This document shows, piece by piece, positions 1-12,643 of a DNA stretch of 64,000 nucleotides (within the stretch, counting starts at the first letter, position 1; each line of letters begins with the position of its first letter). Location of the stretch: assembly GCA_964016885.1 (NCBI GenBank), contig OZ024760.1, positions 17,918,001 to 17,982,000 of the forward strand. Direction: 5' to 3'. The notes beneath the pieces were generated by a model, which was given only the letters and a program-made list of their open reading frames with translations, searched no databases and was not told the origin of the DNA. This stretch comes from Eledone cirrhosa. Taxonomy: Eukaryota. The position numbers were made by a program, and so were the translations under genes.

Positions 1-43
1 TATATATATATATAGATATAGATATACATATATATATATATAT

Positions 44-92
<49 letters not shown>

Positions 93-145
93 TATTGTGT
101 GTGTGTATATATATGTGTGTATGTATATGTATATATATATAATAT

Positions 146-181
<36 letters not shown>

Positions 182-286
182 ACCTAGTTGATCTTGTGTA
201 AATTCCAATGAAAGAGTCTTGTGTCTATGTTAGAAACCGGCTCTCTCTCTATTGGTAAACATTTAGAAACAAACGGAACCAGAAGA

Positions 287-491
<205 letters not shown>

Positions 492-505
492 AATACATAT
501 ATATA

Positions 506-700
506 ACAAAGAAAGTGTGGTAAGGAACCAGGTGGACCATAACGCACCAGAGTACTCAATACTTAGAGTAGTAGAGTGGGTAATAGGAAAAGAGTCAAGA
601 CCCGACGGCTGAGCTCCGGCCGTTTCGACAGCTAGATCCGAACTAAGCCACCAGTATTAGAATGGCGGGAATCTAGCTGAACTTATCAACGGGTACAGTC
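506..700 (-). mobile_element. PLE-like HHR mini-element, family A (A2 subfamily), long-tail end with a full but decayed hammerhead
   Basis: Minus strand reads ACCCG-TTGATAA (decayed CTGATGA)-long stem II (CAGCTAGATT/GATCTAGCTG)-GAAA-CGGCC GGAGCTC AGCCG-TC-GGGTC (599-694), then a tail with TTGAGTAC ending in TA repeats. Homologous to the other family A copies. Confidence 0.8.
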
Positions 701-807
701 CATATATGGGCATACAGTAAAAAAAAAAAAAAATAAATAAATAAAAAAAAAGAGAGCAGAAATATCAAAGCAAACAATCCTAAAAAATTGTTTGTTTTTC
801 CTGCTGC

Positions 808-1045
808 CACGGCTTGCAATCGAGAGGTTGTGGGTTCGATTCATGTCGCTCCAGTTCACTCAGCTATATCGGCCATTGCCTTTCCCCTTGGACATCATTA
901 GTGGCGTGGTGAGAGGGGACTGGAATGCATGGGAGACTGGTGACAGCCCACAAACAAAATTGCCTGGATGTGTTCCACGGCGGGAAATTTTCTATGTGAA
1001 AATCGTACGGTCATTCGTAACCGAAATGTGTCATTACCCATTACC
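808..1045 (+). mobile_element. tRNA-derived SINE (family S1), internally deleted
   Basis: B-box-like GGTTCGATTC followed by GCTCCAGTTCACTCAGCT, shared with the copies at 13697-14048 and 58972-59090. Confidence 0.7.
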
Positions 1046-1047
1046 TT

Positions 1048-1050
<3 letters not shown>

Positions 1051-1135
<85 letters not shown>

Positions 1136-1614
1136 ATATGTATATTTATATATATATATACATTTATATATATATATATATACATACATATATATATATA
1201 TTTATATATATATATGTATATATATATATATGTATATTTATATATGTATATGTATATTTATATATATGTATATTTATATATATATATGTATATTTATATA
1301 TGTATATTTATATATATATACATTTATATATATATATATATACATACATATATATATATATATTTATATATATATATATATATATGTATATTTATATATA
1401 TATATATATGTATATTTATATATATATATATGTATATTTATATATATATATATGTATATTTATATATATGTATATTTATATATATATATATATGTATATT
1501 TATATATATATACATTTATATATATATATATATACATACATATATATGTATATTTATATTTATATATATATACATTTATATATATATATATATACATACA
1601 TATATATGTATATT

Positions 1615-1663
<49 letters not shown>

Positions 1664-1813
1664 GAACAAGTAAGACCCCGACGGCTGAGCTCAAGCCGTC
1701 GGGGTCTTACTTGTTCCTATTACCCACTCTACTACCCTAAGTATTGAGTACTTTGGTGCGTTATGGTCCACCTGGTTCCTTACCACATTTCCTTCGTTAT
1801 ATATATATATATG

Positions 1814-1882
<69 letters not shown>

Positions 1883-1970
1883 TTATATATATATACATTT
1901 ATATATATATATATATATATGTATATTTATATATATATACATTTATATATATATATATATATATACATAC

Positions 1971-2002
<32 letters not shown>

Positions 2003-2005
2003 GTA

Positions 2006-2041
<36 letters not shown>

Positions 2042-2200
2042 CATATATATATATATTTATATATATATATATACATATATATATACATACATATATATAT
2101 ATGTATATATATATATATATGTATATATATATACACATATATATGTATATATATATATATGTATATATATATACATACATATATATATATATATATATAC
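1051..2200. repeat. Degenerate (TA)n tract interrupted by a family A insert
   Basis: TA repeats with TG/TT/CA interruptions on both sides of 1661-1797. Confidence 0.95.
1661..1797 (+). mobile_element. Family A mini-element (inverted short end plus long tail)
   Basis: Hairpin 1661-1719 (TAGGAACAAGTAAGACCCCGACGGCT...AGCCGTCGGGGTCTTACTTGTTCCTA), then tail ...GTATTGAGTAC...TTCCTTCGT; (TA)n on both sides. Confidence 0.9.
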
Positions 2201-2531
2201 TATAAAGTATGTCTAAAGAATCATTTGATAAGATATATATACACCATTTCCTCTACCAATCAGCATAATCAACCACACAAAAAAACCAATTAAACCAGGC
2301 TATCAGATTAAAATGCACCTATGAAGAAATAATAGATAAACAAACGACAGCCATCTATTCGCGATCAACAGCTATAGAATATTTACCCAGCATTTCCATA
2401 GCACGTGGAAATCGATTAAATATATCGTCAACCATACACAATTAGGTATAAAATTAAAGTTAGAAGAAAAAATGTATATAAAAATACCAGGATTATATAT
2501 ATATCGGAAACATAACCTTATTATGTAACAA

Positions 2532-2605
2532 GCTGTCTGATGATGTCACGACACTCGCACACAGAACAGTGTGGCCAGTGTCGTCATTGAAATATATATC
2601 ACAGC
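2532..2605 (+). ncRNA. Type I hammerhead ribozyme motif with extended stem II
   Basis: GCTGT-CTGATGA-TGTC ACGACACT...AGTGTCGT CATT-GAAA-TATATA-TC-ACAGC; stem I GCTGT/ACAGC; tail motif TTGAGTGC at 2694, then (TA)n. Confidence 0.8.
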
Positions 2606-2746
2606 ATTATTATTAAAAGACTTGAACATCTGAAACTACTTCGCTTTTACTTATTCGATATTTACTCCGTCATTCCTATGTGGAAAAAGTACGTTGAGTG
2701 CTTGAATTGAATTGCATCAATATTTACCCTAAGTATATATATATAT

Positions 2747-2812
<66 letters not shown>

Positions 2813-2897
2813 AATGTAATCTGAGTTTTCCGAATATTAATAACAATTTTTGATTCGTTTGCAATTATGCAAATAGGCCTCATTTAAAAAAAAAATG

Positions 2898-2928
<31 letters not shown>

Positions 2929-3954
2929 ATAAAGATGTTACACTATAGTTATTTTATCGAAATTTGTAGGTATTGATTTTTATGATGTTTTTATTGTTGT
3001 TGCTGCTGCTGCTGTTGTTGTTGCTGTTGGTGGTGTTGTTGTTGTTGTTGCTATTGTTGTTATACTTTGGTGCCATTGTAAACCGTCGTTGTTTCTATTA
3101 TTATTATTGTTATTATTGTTATTGTTGTTGTGGTTGGTGTCATTGTCACGCCTCTGACTACCACCACCACCAATACCACCACGGCTATTACTGCTCCTCC
3201 TCTATACACTATATTGATGTAGTTACCCCCACCCCTACCTCAGCCCACCCACACCATCTAACACCCAGCCCACCCCACCGACCCCTCTTTTCTTTCTATT
3301 TCATTCTCTCTAGATAAAAAGCATATCTCCAGTCCGCCATTATTGTTCAAGGACCTTACTAATTACACATGCATTCTAAAGCAGGGTCCATAGTTGTCAT
3401 GAAACACTTTCTCTTTCCCCTTAAATGTTACCCGCCCCTTTTGTCAGCGGGTGTCAATTTTTCTCACCTAGGATCTCTCCTCTCCTCCCTCTCTCCCCAC
3501 CTCCATCAACACCCTACTCCACCACTCACCTAGCATCCCTCCCTCCACCAACACCTACCACCACTCACCCACCCCCACCCGCTCCACCTCCACCTTCCTC
3601 CATCACTCTCCCTCCCTCCCTCTCCACCTCCACCCCTCTCCACCTCCACCAACACCTACCTCCACCACTCACTCCACCCGCCACCCGCTACCGCCTCTAA
3701 ACCCTTTATGTACACCTTACACGAGACATTAATTCATATACACACCCTAATGTGTGTATAGTGGACGTTGAGTATTAAACGAGCTTTTCATGGCTTTTAA
3801 ATATCTGAAAATACGAAATTAAGGATCCGATGGTCCCGCGCTGTAAGTGTGAAACCTTTAGAAACCGTGTCTGATACTCAAAAGGATAAAACTTCATTTG
3901 TTTCCAAACAATCCCTTTTTTCCTTCCAAAATGATTATTATTATTACTATTATT

Positions 3955-4148
3955 GGGCGGTGAATTGGCAGTATTGGTAGGGGGTTGGACACCATGCTTT
4001 GACGCATAGAGTTACAGCCCTTGCCATTCTGAGTTCAAATCCCGCCGAGGTTAACTTTGCCTTTCATCCTTACGGGGTCGATAAAATAAAGTACCAGTAA
4101 TGTATTGGAATAATTGCTGGCATTGTGCCAAAAGTAGAAACAATTATT
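3955..4148 (+). mobile_element. tRNA-derived SINE (family S2), near full length
   Basis: GGCGGTGAATTGGCAG head, GAGTTCAAATCCC B-box, body GAGGTTAACTTTGCCTTTCATCCTTACGGGGTCGATAAAATAAAGTACCAG; more than 12 copies in the window. Confidence 0.9.
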
Positions 4149-4152
4149 ATTG

Positions 4153-4632
4153 TCTGCCTGGTGCCCATGGCGAAAGAGATTGTGGATAAGGCTGAAAGGA
4201 TTGAAGACGGACACTTTCCTCTTCGGCGAATCCCTGATTAACTTTTTCAAATTTCACTTGAAAAGGAAAATCAGGGTGGAGTGGCAAGTAAGTTTGTTGA
4301 ACGGTGGGTGAAAGTGGCGAGTCTGGTCCGACTAACGGGCCCGCTCTGAGTATGCACCTGTAGACTGAGGAGTGGGAGAACTGAGAGAGGGTGCTTGCCC
4401 TGGTGGTCAGGGTGGCTGTGGTCTTTTGTGTGGTTTTCACCACGAGTGACCCTCGGAGACCACCCCCTCCTATTGGTGAATTTTTGTTGATTTGTTTTTA
4501 CACATTTCTATCTTCTTGTTATAACTTTTTTACATGGCCCACTTTCTATCGTCCTGTACCGTTCTGTGCCGTCTGTAATATTTTTCTTCATTTTAGCCCT
4601 TGTGGACAATAAAGAAATTATTATTATTATTA
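4153..4632 (+). mobile_element. 3' remnant of a Tx1/L1-type LINE (ORF2 C-terminus plus 3' UTR)
   Basis: Frameshifted translation ...AKEIV...RLKGLKTDTFLFGESLINFFKFHLKRKIRVE...FVERWVKVASLVRL resembles an L1/Tx1 ORF2 end; AATAAA then a (TTA)n tail; homologous to 14955-15260. Confidence 0.7.
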
Positions 4633-4634
4633 TT

Positions 4635-4925
4635 GGGGTCAATAAAATAAAGCACCAATAATGCACTGGGGTCGATTTAATCGACTCTCCCCTCCCCTCA
4701 AATTGCTGGCCTTGTGCCTATATTAGAAATCGTTTAGGGCGGTAGATTGGTAGTATCAGAAGAGCGTCGGATACCCTGCTTCGCGCCCTTTACGTTCTGA
4801 GTTCAAGTCCCACCCAGCTTAGCTTTGCCTTTCATCCTTATAAAGTACCAGAAATGAACTGGGGTCGATTTAATCGACTTAACCCTCGTCTTCAAATTGC
4901 TGGCCTTGTGCCTAAAGTAGAAATA
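4635..4925 (+). mobile_element. Two adjacent S2 SINE copies
   Basis: A 3' half (4635-4732) and a near-full copy (4737-4925) with GGGGTCGATTTAATCGAC and GGCCTTGTGCC. Confidence 0.85.
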
Positions 4926-5357
4926 ATAATCATTATTTTCTATTTATTTTTTTGCTGCTGTTGTTGCTGTTTTTTTTTTTTGAAACAGATTTTTATCTAT
5001 TTTTCTTCAACCAATTTAGAAATAAAATAAAACTCCCAACCGATTTTTTTTCCTTTCTCTCCCCTTTTATCAATTTTTGCTCCCTATAATCAGTGGTTAC
5101 CAAAATATTCTCCAATAACTAATTTCTCTCTAATTACTGTAAATTATTTCAGCTGATGATTTAGGCTTTCATTGTCTGCGATAACGCTTCTCTCCTCCCA
5201 TTATTCTGCCAAATATCGTCTGGTTTAGCTGGCTTTTGTTTCCATTCCTCCTTCTTCACACAAAAGCTTCTCAAGAAATGTCTTTGTCCAACCAACAATC
5301 CAATAATTCATTCCATGGACCAAATAAAAAAACCAAGTCCAGAAATATTGAAACGTA

Positions 5358-5379
5358 AATATATATATAAATATATATA

Positions 5380-5426
<47 letters not shown>

Positions 5427-5547
5427 TTATATATATATATTTATATATAAATATAAATATATATTTACTATATATATATATATATATATATATAAATATA
5501 TATATAAATAGATATTTATATAAATAAATAAATATATATTTATATAA

Positions 5548-5584
<37 letters not shown>

Positions 5585-5590
5585 TATATT

Positions 5591-5643
<53 letters not shown>

Positions 5644-5795
5644 TTTATATAAATAAATATATATATAAATAGATATTTATATAAATAAATAAATATATAT
5701 ATACATATATAAATATATATAAATAGATATTTATATAAATAAATAAATATATATATATATAAATATATATAAATAGATATTTATATAAAAAATAA

Positions 5796-5827
<32 letters not shown>

Positions 5828-5832
5828 AATAG

Positions 5833-5880
<48 letters not shown>

Positions 5881-6088
5881 TTATAAATAAATAGATAAAT
5901 ATATATATATATATATGTAAATAGATAAATATATATATATATATATACATTTATATATAAATATATATATATAAATATGCATACATTTATAAATAAATAT
6001 ATATATAAATATATATATATATATAAATATGCATACATATATAAATAAATATATATACCGTACATAAATATATATATATATATATATT
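5358..6088. repeat. AT-rich (TA)n-derived low-complexity tract
   Basis: TA repeats with TAAA/TAGA interruptions. Confidence 0.93.
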
Positions 6089-6208
6089 TGATCTGTTCGA
6101 TCTTCCAAAAACTTAACTTGTATACACTACAAGCGGATTTTGTTGATTTCGGATTTACAGAAACCTCACTGAGATATTGAATAATTTCGAAATGATGGTC
6201 CAGGTTTG

Positions 6209-6272
<64 letters not shown>

Positions 6273-6864
6273 ATACTTGGGGAAGGTCATATTTGTGTAA
6301 TAATATTGCCAGAATTAATAACAGAACACACTCACTGTTTGCTTGGTTTTCGCTTTTGTGTCTTTTATATCGGTTAATTTAATTTATTCGGTCCTCAATG
6401 TTACCATTGACTGACCAACGGTCAAAAATACAGATACAATATAGACACAAACACATATATATAGTCTAACAAAGTTCTTTCGTTGCACATCTGCAACATC
6501 GTCAGTGGTGCTATTATGTTTCCTCCCGTTGTATTGTATGCCTACGCCATCTTTATTTAGTCTGTTTATTTATTTATTTATTTTTTTTTTGTCTTCTCTC
6601 TCTCTATATATATGTATGTATATGTGTATGTATTTTTTCTCGCGAGTCAGTTCTTTCGTTGCTACAGAACACGCGGCTGAATTGCCGGTCGCCATCTTCA
6701 ATTTGCAAAACCCTTTAAACTGTATGTTATTACTCTGAGGTCTTATACCTTGTCGAGTGCTTGGCTGCACTTCTGAAGGCATTCATCGGCTTGGCTGCGG
6801 CTCGAGCTTCGAATATGCTGCACTTTCATTTGTACACCCTTTGAACTCTCTTCCCACACACTTT

Positions 6865-6900
6865 TCGCCTGAAGAAGGGCTTATGCCCGAAACGTCGTTC
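6865..6900 (+). ncRNA. Minimal PLE-type hammerhead motif (family C)
   Basis: CTGAAGA-A-GGGC TTAT GCCC-GAAA-CG-TC; identical core at 44884; stem I is weak. Confidence 0.75.
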
Positions 6901-6985
6901 CCCACCACCACCTAAGTATTCAAGTGGTCAATACACAGGTATCTACAATATACAGGTAGTGTACGTGATGTATTTGCATATAGTG

Positions 6986-7095
6986 ATTTCTAATTTAGGC
7001 ACAAGGCCAGAAATTTGAAGGGGCGGGGAAAGTCGATTAAATCGACGCCAGCGCATTACTGGTACTTTATTTTATCGACCTCCGTAAAGAAAAGC
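6986..7095 (-). mobile_element. S2 SINE 3' fragment
   Basis: AGGCACAAGGCCAG...GTCGATTAAATCGAC...CTGGTACTTTATTTTATCGACC. Confidence 0.85.
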
Positions 7096-7162
7096 AAAAA
7101 ATAACGAGAATGGTCTCTATACATAAAAATAATTCTTTATCAAATGGTTTCGTCCCCCTTTC

Positions 7163-7521
7163 GCTAACAGAGGGACAGGACCTTCACAAAATCTTAAGCC
7201 CTCGCTAACAGACCCACCTCTCCTCGTTATGCTGTGGCCTGGGTATAGGACCTTCACAAAATCTTAAGCCCATCCCAACAGACCCCCCTCTGCTCGTTCT
7301 GTTGTAGCCTAGGCATAGGATCTTCACAAAATCTTAAGCCCACCCAAACAGACCCCCTCTGCTCGTTCTGTTGTAGCCTGGGCATAGGACCTTCACAAAA
7401 TCTTAAGCCCTCGCTAACAGACCCACTTCTCGTTCTGCTGTAGCCTAGACATAGGGCCTTCACAAAATCTTTAGCCCACCCTAACATAACCACTTCTCCT
7501 CGTTCTGTTGTAGCCTGGGCT
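7163..7521. repeat. Minisatellite, ~70-bp unit x ~5
   Basis: CTTCACAAAATCTT recurs at about 7182, 7252, 7322, 7391 and 7459. Confidence 0.9.
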
Positions 7522-7653
7522 TGATTTGAATGTATACATATACTAGGTTCGTATATGTATACACATATTTGTATATGCCCTCCCCCTCTCTCGCTCTCTC
7601 TCTCTCTCTCTCGCTCTCTCTTGCTCTCTCTCTCTTGCTCTCTCTCTCTCTTG

Positions 7654-7713
<60 letters not shown>

Positions 7714-8422
7714 TGGGAAGCAAAAGATAATGTGTTTGTGTGTGTGTATATATATAGCTGTATGTATATAGTTATGTGTATATAGGTGCGTGTGTATATA
7801 GTTGTGTATATGTATATAGTTATGTGTATATAATTGTGTGTGCATATACTTGCGTGCGTATATAATTGTGTGAATATGAATGGTTTGTCAGTTCGAGTAT
7901 GTGTATGCACGTGTGTGTGTGTGTGTGTGTGTGTAAGTGTGGTGTGTGTGTGTGTGTGTGTGTAAGTGTGTGTATGTATGTGTATGTGTCCAGGAATAGC
8001 AATCCTTACCCCCAGTAAACAGAAGGATTTCCTCTGCACCGCTGGACCGCCAGACAGGAATAGTTAAAAGGAAACCGAGTTTCTAAATCCACACTTTAAA
8101 CTCTGACGGATTATAATGTGAAGAGGCAACCAACATTGGAGAGGTGTGTGTGTGTATATATATATATATAATATATATATATAGAGAGAGAGATGGAGAC
8201 AGACAGACTGGGAGAGAAAGAGAATATATGTATATATATATATATATACATATATATACATACCCACATTTTATGCTAATAATCTGCCAAGAGAACCATT
8301 TAAGACGACATTTCCTGATTGTGTCCAGAGAGTTGATGATTTTTCAATGTTTACAACTATCTAGCTGTCTCTTATTCACTCTCTCTCTCTCTCTCTCTCT
8401 ATCTATCTCTCTCTCTAGCTAT

Positions 8423-8712
8423 CTCTCCATATCTCTAGCTATCTGCCTGTATATCTATCTATCTATCTATCTCTCCATATCTCTAGCTATCTGCCTGTAT
8501 ATCTATCTATCTATTTATCTCTCCATATCTCTAGCTATCTGCCTGTATATCTATCTATCTATCTATCTCTCCATATCTCTAGCTATCTGCCTGTATATCT
8601 ATCTATCTATTTATCTCTCCATATCTCTAGCTATCTGCCTGTATATCTATCTATCTATCTATCTCTCCATATCTCTAGCTATCTGCCTGTATATCTATCT
8701 ATCTATTTATCT
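8423..8712. repeat. Minisatellite, 48-bp unit x ~6
   Basis: CTCTCCATATCTCTAGCTATCTGCCTGTATATCTATCTATCTATYTAT repeated; 16-aa period in the ORF track. Confidence 0.92.
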
Positions 8713-9403
8713 ATCTCTTTCTCCTTCTCTCCCAGTCTGTGTGTCCCTTTCTCTCTCCCCCTCTCTCTCTCTTTCCCCTCCTCTATCTTCTCCCTTTCTC
8801 TTTCTCTCTCCTTTTCTCTCCTCTCTCTCACCTCTCTCTTTCTCTCTCTCTCTCTCTCCCTTTCTCCCCCCCCTCCTTCCCTCTCAGTCTGTTTGTCTCC
8901 TCCCCTCTCCCTCCTCTCCTCTCCTCCCCTTTCTCCCTCTGTCTCTCCCAACATATATTGTTCTGTCCTACCTACTTAGAGCCGACATCACAGTACAATG
9001 TTAAGTGGCTTAACTATATACGGACACAGCGTGTCGCTAGGGTCAGAATCCGAACTCTCGTCTTGCTGTCCGACATGCTTCCCCTTGAAACAGCTGCAAC
9101 AGTCACCCTTTCAGTGATTGTTGGGTCCTCACCTCTCTCGCCATTGACGGGTTATAAACAGTCCTTAATATGTGTAAAGGTTAAACTTGTAGAGGTGACT
9201 AACAGCAATAAATATAGAGCAGGGGTAAGACATAGTGTGATGTTTTAGAGCAGACTGGACATAACAATAACAGCTACTAGTGTGTATATATATATATATG
9301 TGTGTGTGTATGTAAAAGGTAAATACGTATGTATGTATAAACACTCACACACACTCATATGAATATACACATACATATATGTATATATATATATATATAC
9401 ATA

Positions 9404-9600
9404 TAGGAACGAGTAGGACCCCGACGGCTGAGCTCAAGCCGTTTCGATGGCTAATTCTGGATTAAAAAGAATTAGCCGTCGAAACGGCTTGAGCTCAGCC
9501 GTCGGGGTCCTACTCGTTCCTATTACCATCTCTACTACCCTAAGTATTGAGTACTTTGGTGCGTTATGGTCCACCTGGTTCCTTACCACATTTCCTTCGT
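9404..9600 (+). mobile_element. Family A mini-element (inverted short end plus long tail)
   Basis: Inverted arms 9404-9457 and 9468-9522, each with GAAACGGCTTGAGCTCAGCCGTCGGGGTC; tail to TTCCTTCGT; TA flanks. Confidence 0.92.
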
Positions 9601-9631
9601 TATATATACATATATATATATGTATATACAT

Positions 9632-9870
9632 ATAATTAAAAGTTTAATAAGGTTCAATGAATTCATCAATGAATATAGTTTCACAATAGATTAGAAGCAC
9701 TCTACAGTAAGGTTTTCTGGAGTTATTAATATTACTTCAAAATATTAATAAATATAGATAGTCATGTGATCAAATATATTTTATTGTACAAATTTCAGAG
9801 GTACTGAGCTATTTCAACAGTACGTCCTCATCAGATAAAATAAGTTGATGCCTGACATACCTTGACTATG
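9632..9870 (-). mobile_element. Family B HHR element, long-tail copy (cleavage triplet mutated)
   Basis: Minus: TTTTAT-CTGATGA-GGAC GTACTG...CAGTAC CTCT-GAAA-TTTGTA-CA-ATAAAATA (9777-9842); homologous to 31748-32043. Confidence 0.8.
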
Positions 9871-10151
9871 TTGATGGTTATAATTTAGTCATGGCAGTGA
9901 TTAGTTATGACAAAACTCAATATTTATATACCTATATATATATGGGGGGAGGGGGCGTATACACATATATCTGTGTGTGTAATAAGAACAAAAGAAAGAC
10001 GTGTGTGTAATGAAGTGTGACTGCCGTTTGATGAATGGAACAAAAGTTACAATGAATTCAATGAACCGGTGACCGTCCTTATTCCTGACTCACAGGTGGC
10101 AGGTTCGAATCACACCAGCAACCCACACTGTATTCTGTATCAATTTAGTTC

Positions 10152-10495
10152 TTCTTCTTCGGCCATTTATTCCTGAAAAGGTCCTGGGAACAGAGTCCTC
10201 AAACACCCCCTTCTAGCGAGTCCTGTCAGAAGCAACTGTCTCCAATTGATTCGGCTGGATCTCCAAGCGTGACCAGCCAAGTTCATGGATGTTATCCAAC
10301 CAACTTGCTTGGCGTCAACCCCCGGATCTCCCGCTGGTTGGTTTTACCCGTAAAATCTGTCCAGAGATTCTTTCCTGAGACATTCTAACCACATGTCCAT
10401 AGTATCAGAGCTGTGATCTCTCAATCCACAGATTCTTTCCTGGGACATTCTAACCACATGTCTGTAGTATCGAAGCTGTGATCTCTCAATTCCCA
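10152..10495 (-). mobile_element. RTE-clade LINE 3' remnant
   Basis: Minus translation IERSQLRYYRHVVRMSQERI...WLDNIHELGWSRLEIQPNQLETVASDR matches the RTE ORF C-terminal pattern; short (GAA)n tail; homologous to 55590-56340. Confidence 0.85.
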
Positions 10496-11000
10496 AGGGA
10501 AACTTTCTAGGTGCAAGTCCCATGGTCATTAATGACTAATGGTGGGCTTCTACCCTGGAGGATAACGAAGGAGACGTTTGAACCAACCATTCCAACAGGC
10601 GGGGCTCATTCACACGAGGGGCCAACTCCACCCCACTCCGATAATACTGAGTAGGGAGGTGGTACAGAGACCAAGAACACCAGAAGTTCTCAAACACTTC
10701 TAGTTCTTTAGGATTGCTGGAGAGTTTCGGGCGGAGCATAAGAACAAAAAGGGTTGAAGAGAAGTGTTGGCTTGGGAAAAAGAGTACTCTGTGACACTCA
10801 CAGGAGTATTTGACCCATCTTACAAACAGGAGGGAACTGGGGTGGTGGTGGTAGTAGGGGGTGTACAAGGTTACCATTTTCCGATTCATGGCTGTTGGAA
10901 AGGTCAACGAGTCTATGACATGGTAATAAAGGAAGGAACGACGGTATAATTTCTGTCAATCATCTGGTGTCATCTCACAACACATATCACAGACAACATA

Positions 11001-11037
<37 letters not shown>

Positions 11038-11150
11038 TCACACATCATAGACCATATATTATATATAAATATATATATATATATAAATACTCACACATCA
11101 TAGACCATATATATATATATATATATATATATATGGTCTATGATGTGTGA

Positions 11151-11200
<50 letters not shown>

Positions 11201-11202
11201 TT

Positions 11203-11285
11203 GAAGGCGCATGGCTTAGTGGTTAGAGCAGTAGGCTGTGAGTTCAATTCCCAGACCGGGTGATGTGTTGTTTTCTTTCACGACC
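11203..11285 (+). mobile_element. S1 SINE 5' fragment
   Basis: GAAGGCGCATGGCTTAGTGGTTAGAG A-box and GAGTTCAATTCCC B-box. Confidence 0.8.
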
Positions 11286-12253
11286 TTATTTCTAATGAAA
11301 TATACCCTTAATCAATTAGTGAAGAAGAGGGCAAAGAAGAAGGAGAAAAGGAAGAAGGAGAAGAAGAAGAAGATGAAGAATAAGAAGGCAAAGAAGAAGA
11401 AGAAGTGTATAAACTGGCAGAAATCGGACAACTGTAACACTCATCGTCGTCTAAACCGACTGAGGACCATTCGACGTTCGCTAACTGTTACCCTCCGCCG
11501 TCGACCATCAACAAGAATAAGTATCCTCTTGGATGATGAAGAAGGGTTTAAGTAAAACAACTATAAACGATTTTCTTCCCGCGGAATGTACTCGCTTGCT
11601 TTATTGTGGAGATCGCATGTTTTGCAAGAAATAATGAAGTTTATTCATAAATTGTTTGTTGAAGAATGTTTTTCAAGTTCTTTTCATTAAATGCTTATAG
11701 GAGAAGACGAAAAGATGAAACGGGTAGTTTCTAGGAACACGAAGAAAACGAAGAAGATGGGAAGAAGGGGTGAAGAAGGTGTGTGAAGAAGGGGGGGAAG
11801 AAGGTGGAAAGAAGGTGGGTAGAAGGGGATAAAGATTAAGGAAAGAAAGGAAGAAAAAAACCCAGACAGACACACAAACAAAATAAAATAAAATAGAAAT
11901 AGAAATTTAAAAAAAATAAAAATAATTAAAAAATAATAATAAAAAAAATATATATATATCCAAGTGCAATTTCAGGCGAGGAATCGCTTCTGTAGATTCC
12001 TCTTCTATTTGAAACGCGAGAGGGGAAAAATGAGTGAAATATTCTACTGTTAATAACATGACGAAAGTGGAATGGAGGTTCCTATCGTAAACAAGCAAAA
12101 CTATAATGAGTTGAAAAGCTTAACAAATTGGTTTGGTTGTCTTTTCAAAGAACCGAAGATCAACGAAGAAACTAAGAAAGTGAGATACTGAAAGCAATGT
12201 ATTTGCAACATAAGTCATTGGAGAAAGAAAATATATAAAAAATATATATATAT

Positions 12254-12254
<1 letters not shown>

Positions 12255-12312
<58 letters not shown>

Positions 12313-12321
12313 ATGTGTTTT

Positions 12322-12354
<33 letters not shown>

Positions 12355-12609
12355 ATGTATATATATAAATGAAAGGTATAGAAAATATTGTAGCAAAAAG
12401 CCAACAGTATTCCATAATATATATGTATATATGTATGTGTGTATATGTATATATATATATGTGTGTGTATATATATGTGTATGTGTGTATATATATATAT
12501 ATGTGTGTGTATATATATATATGTATGTGAATATATGTATATATATATATATATATATATGTGTGTATATATATATATGTGTGTATATATATATATGTGT
12601 GTATATATA

Positions 12610-12643
<34 letters not shown>

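Noticed and set aside
5150-5175. CTGATGA at about 5153 (likewise CTGACGA at about 47087)
   Set aside because: No downstream stem II-GAAA-UH arrangement.
10536-10949. 123-aa minus ORF in unique-looking sequence
   Set aside because: No recognisable motif; adjacent to decayed retroelements and probably one itself.
11203-11285. tRNA genes at A-box/B-box motifs (also 58435, 58972, 3955)
   Set aside because: No cloverleaf, and they run into SINE bodies, so they are SINE heads.
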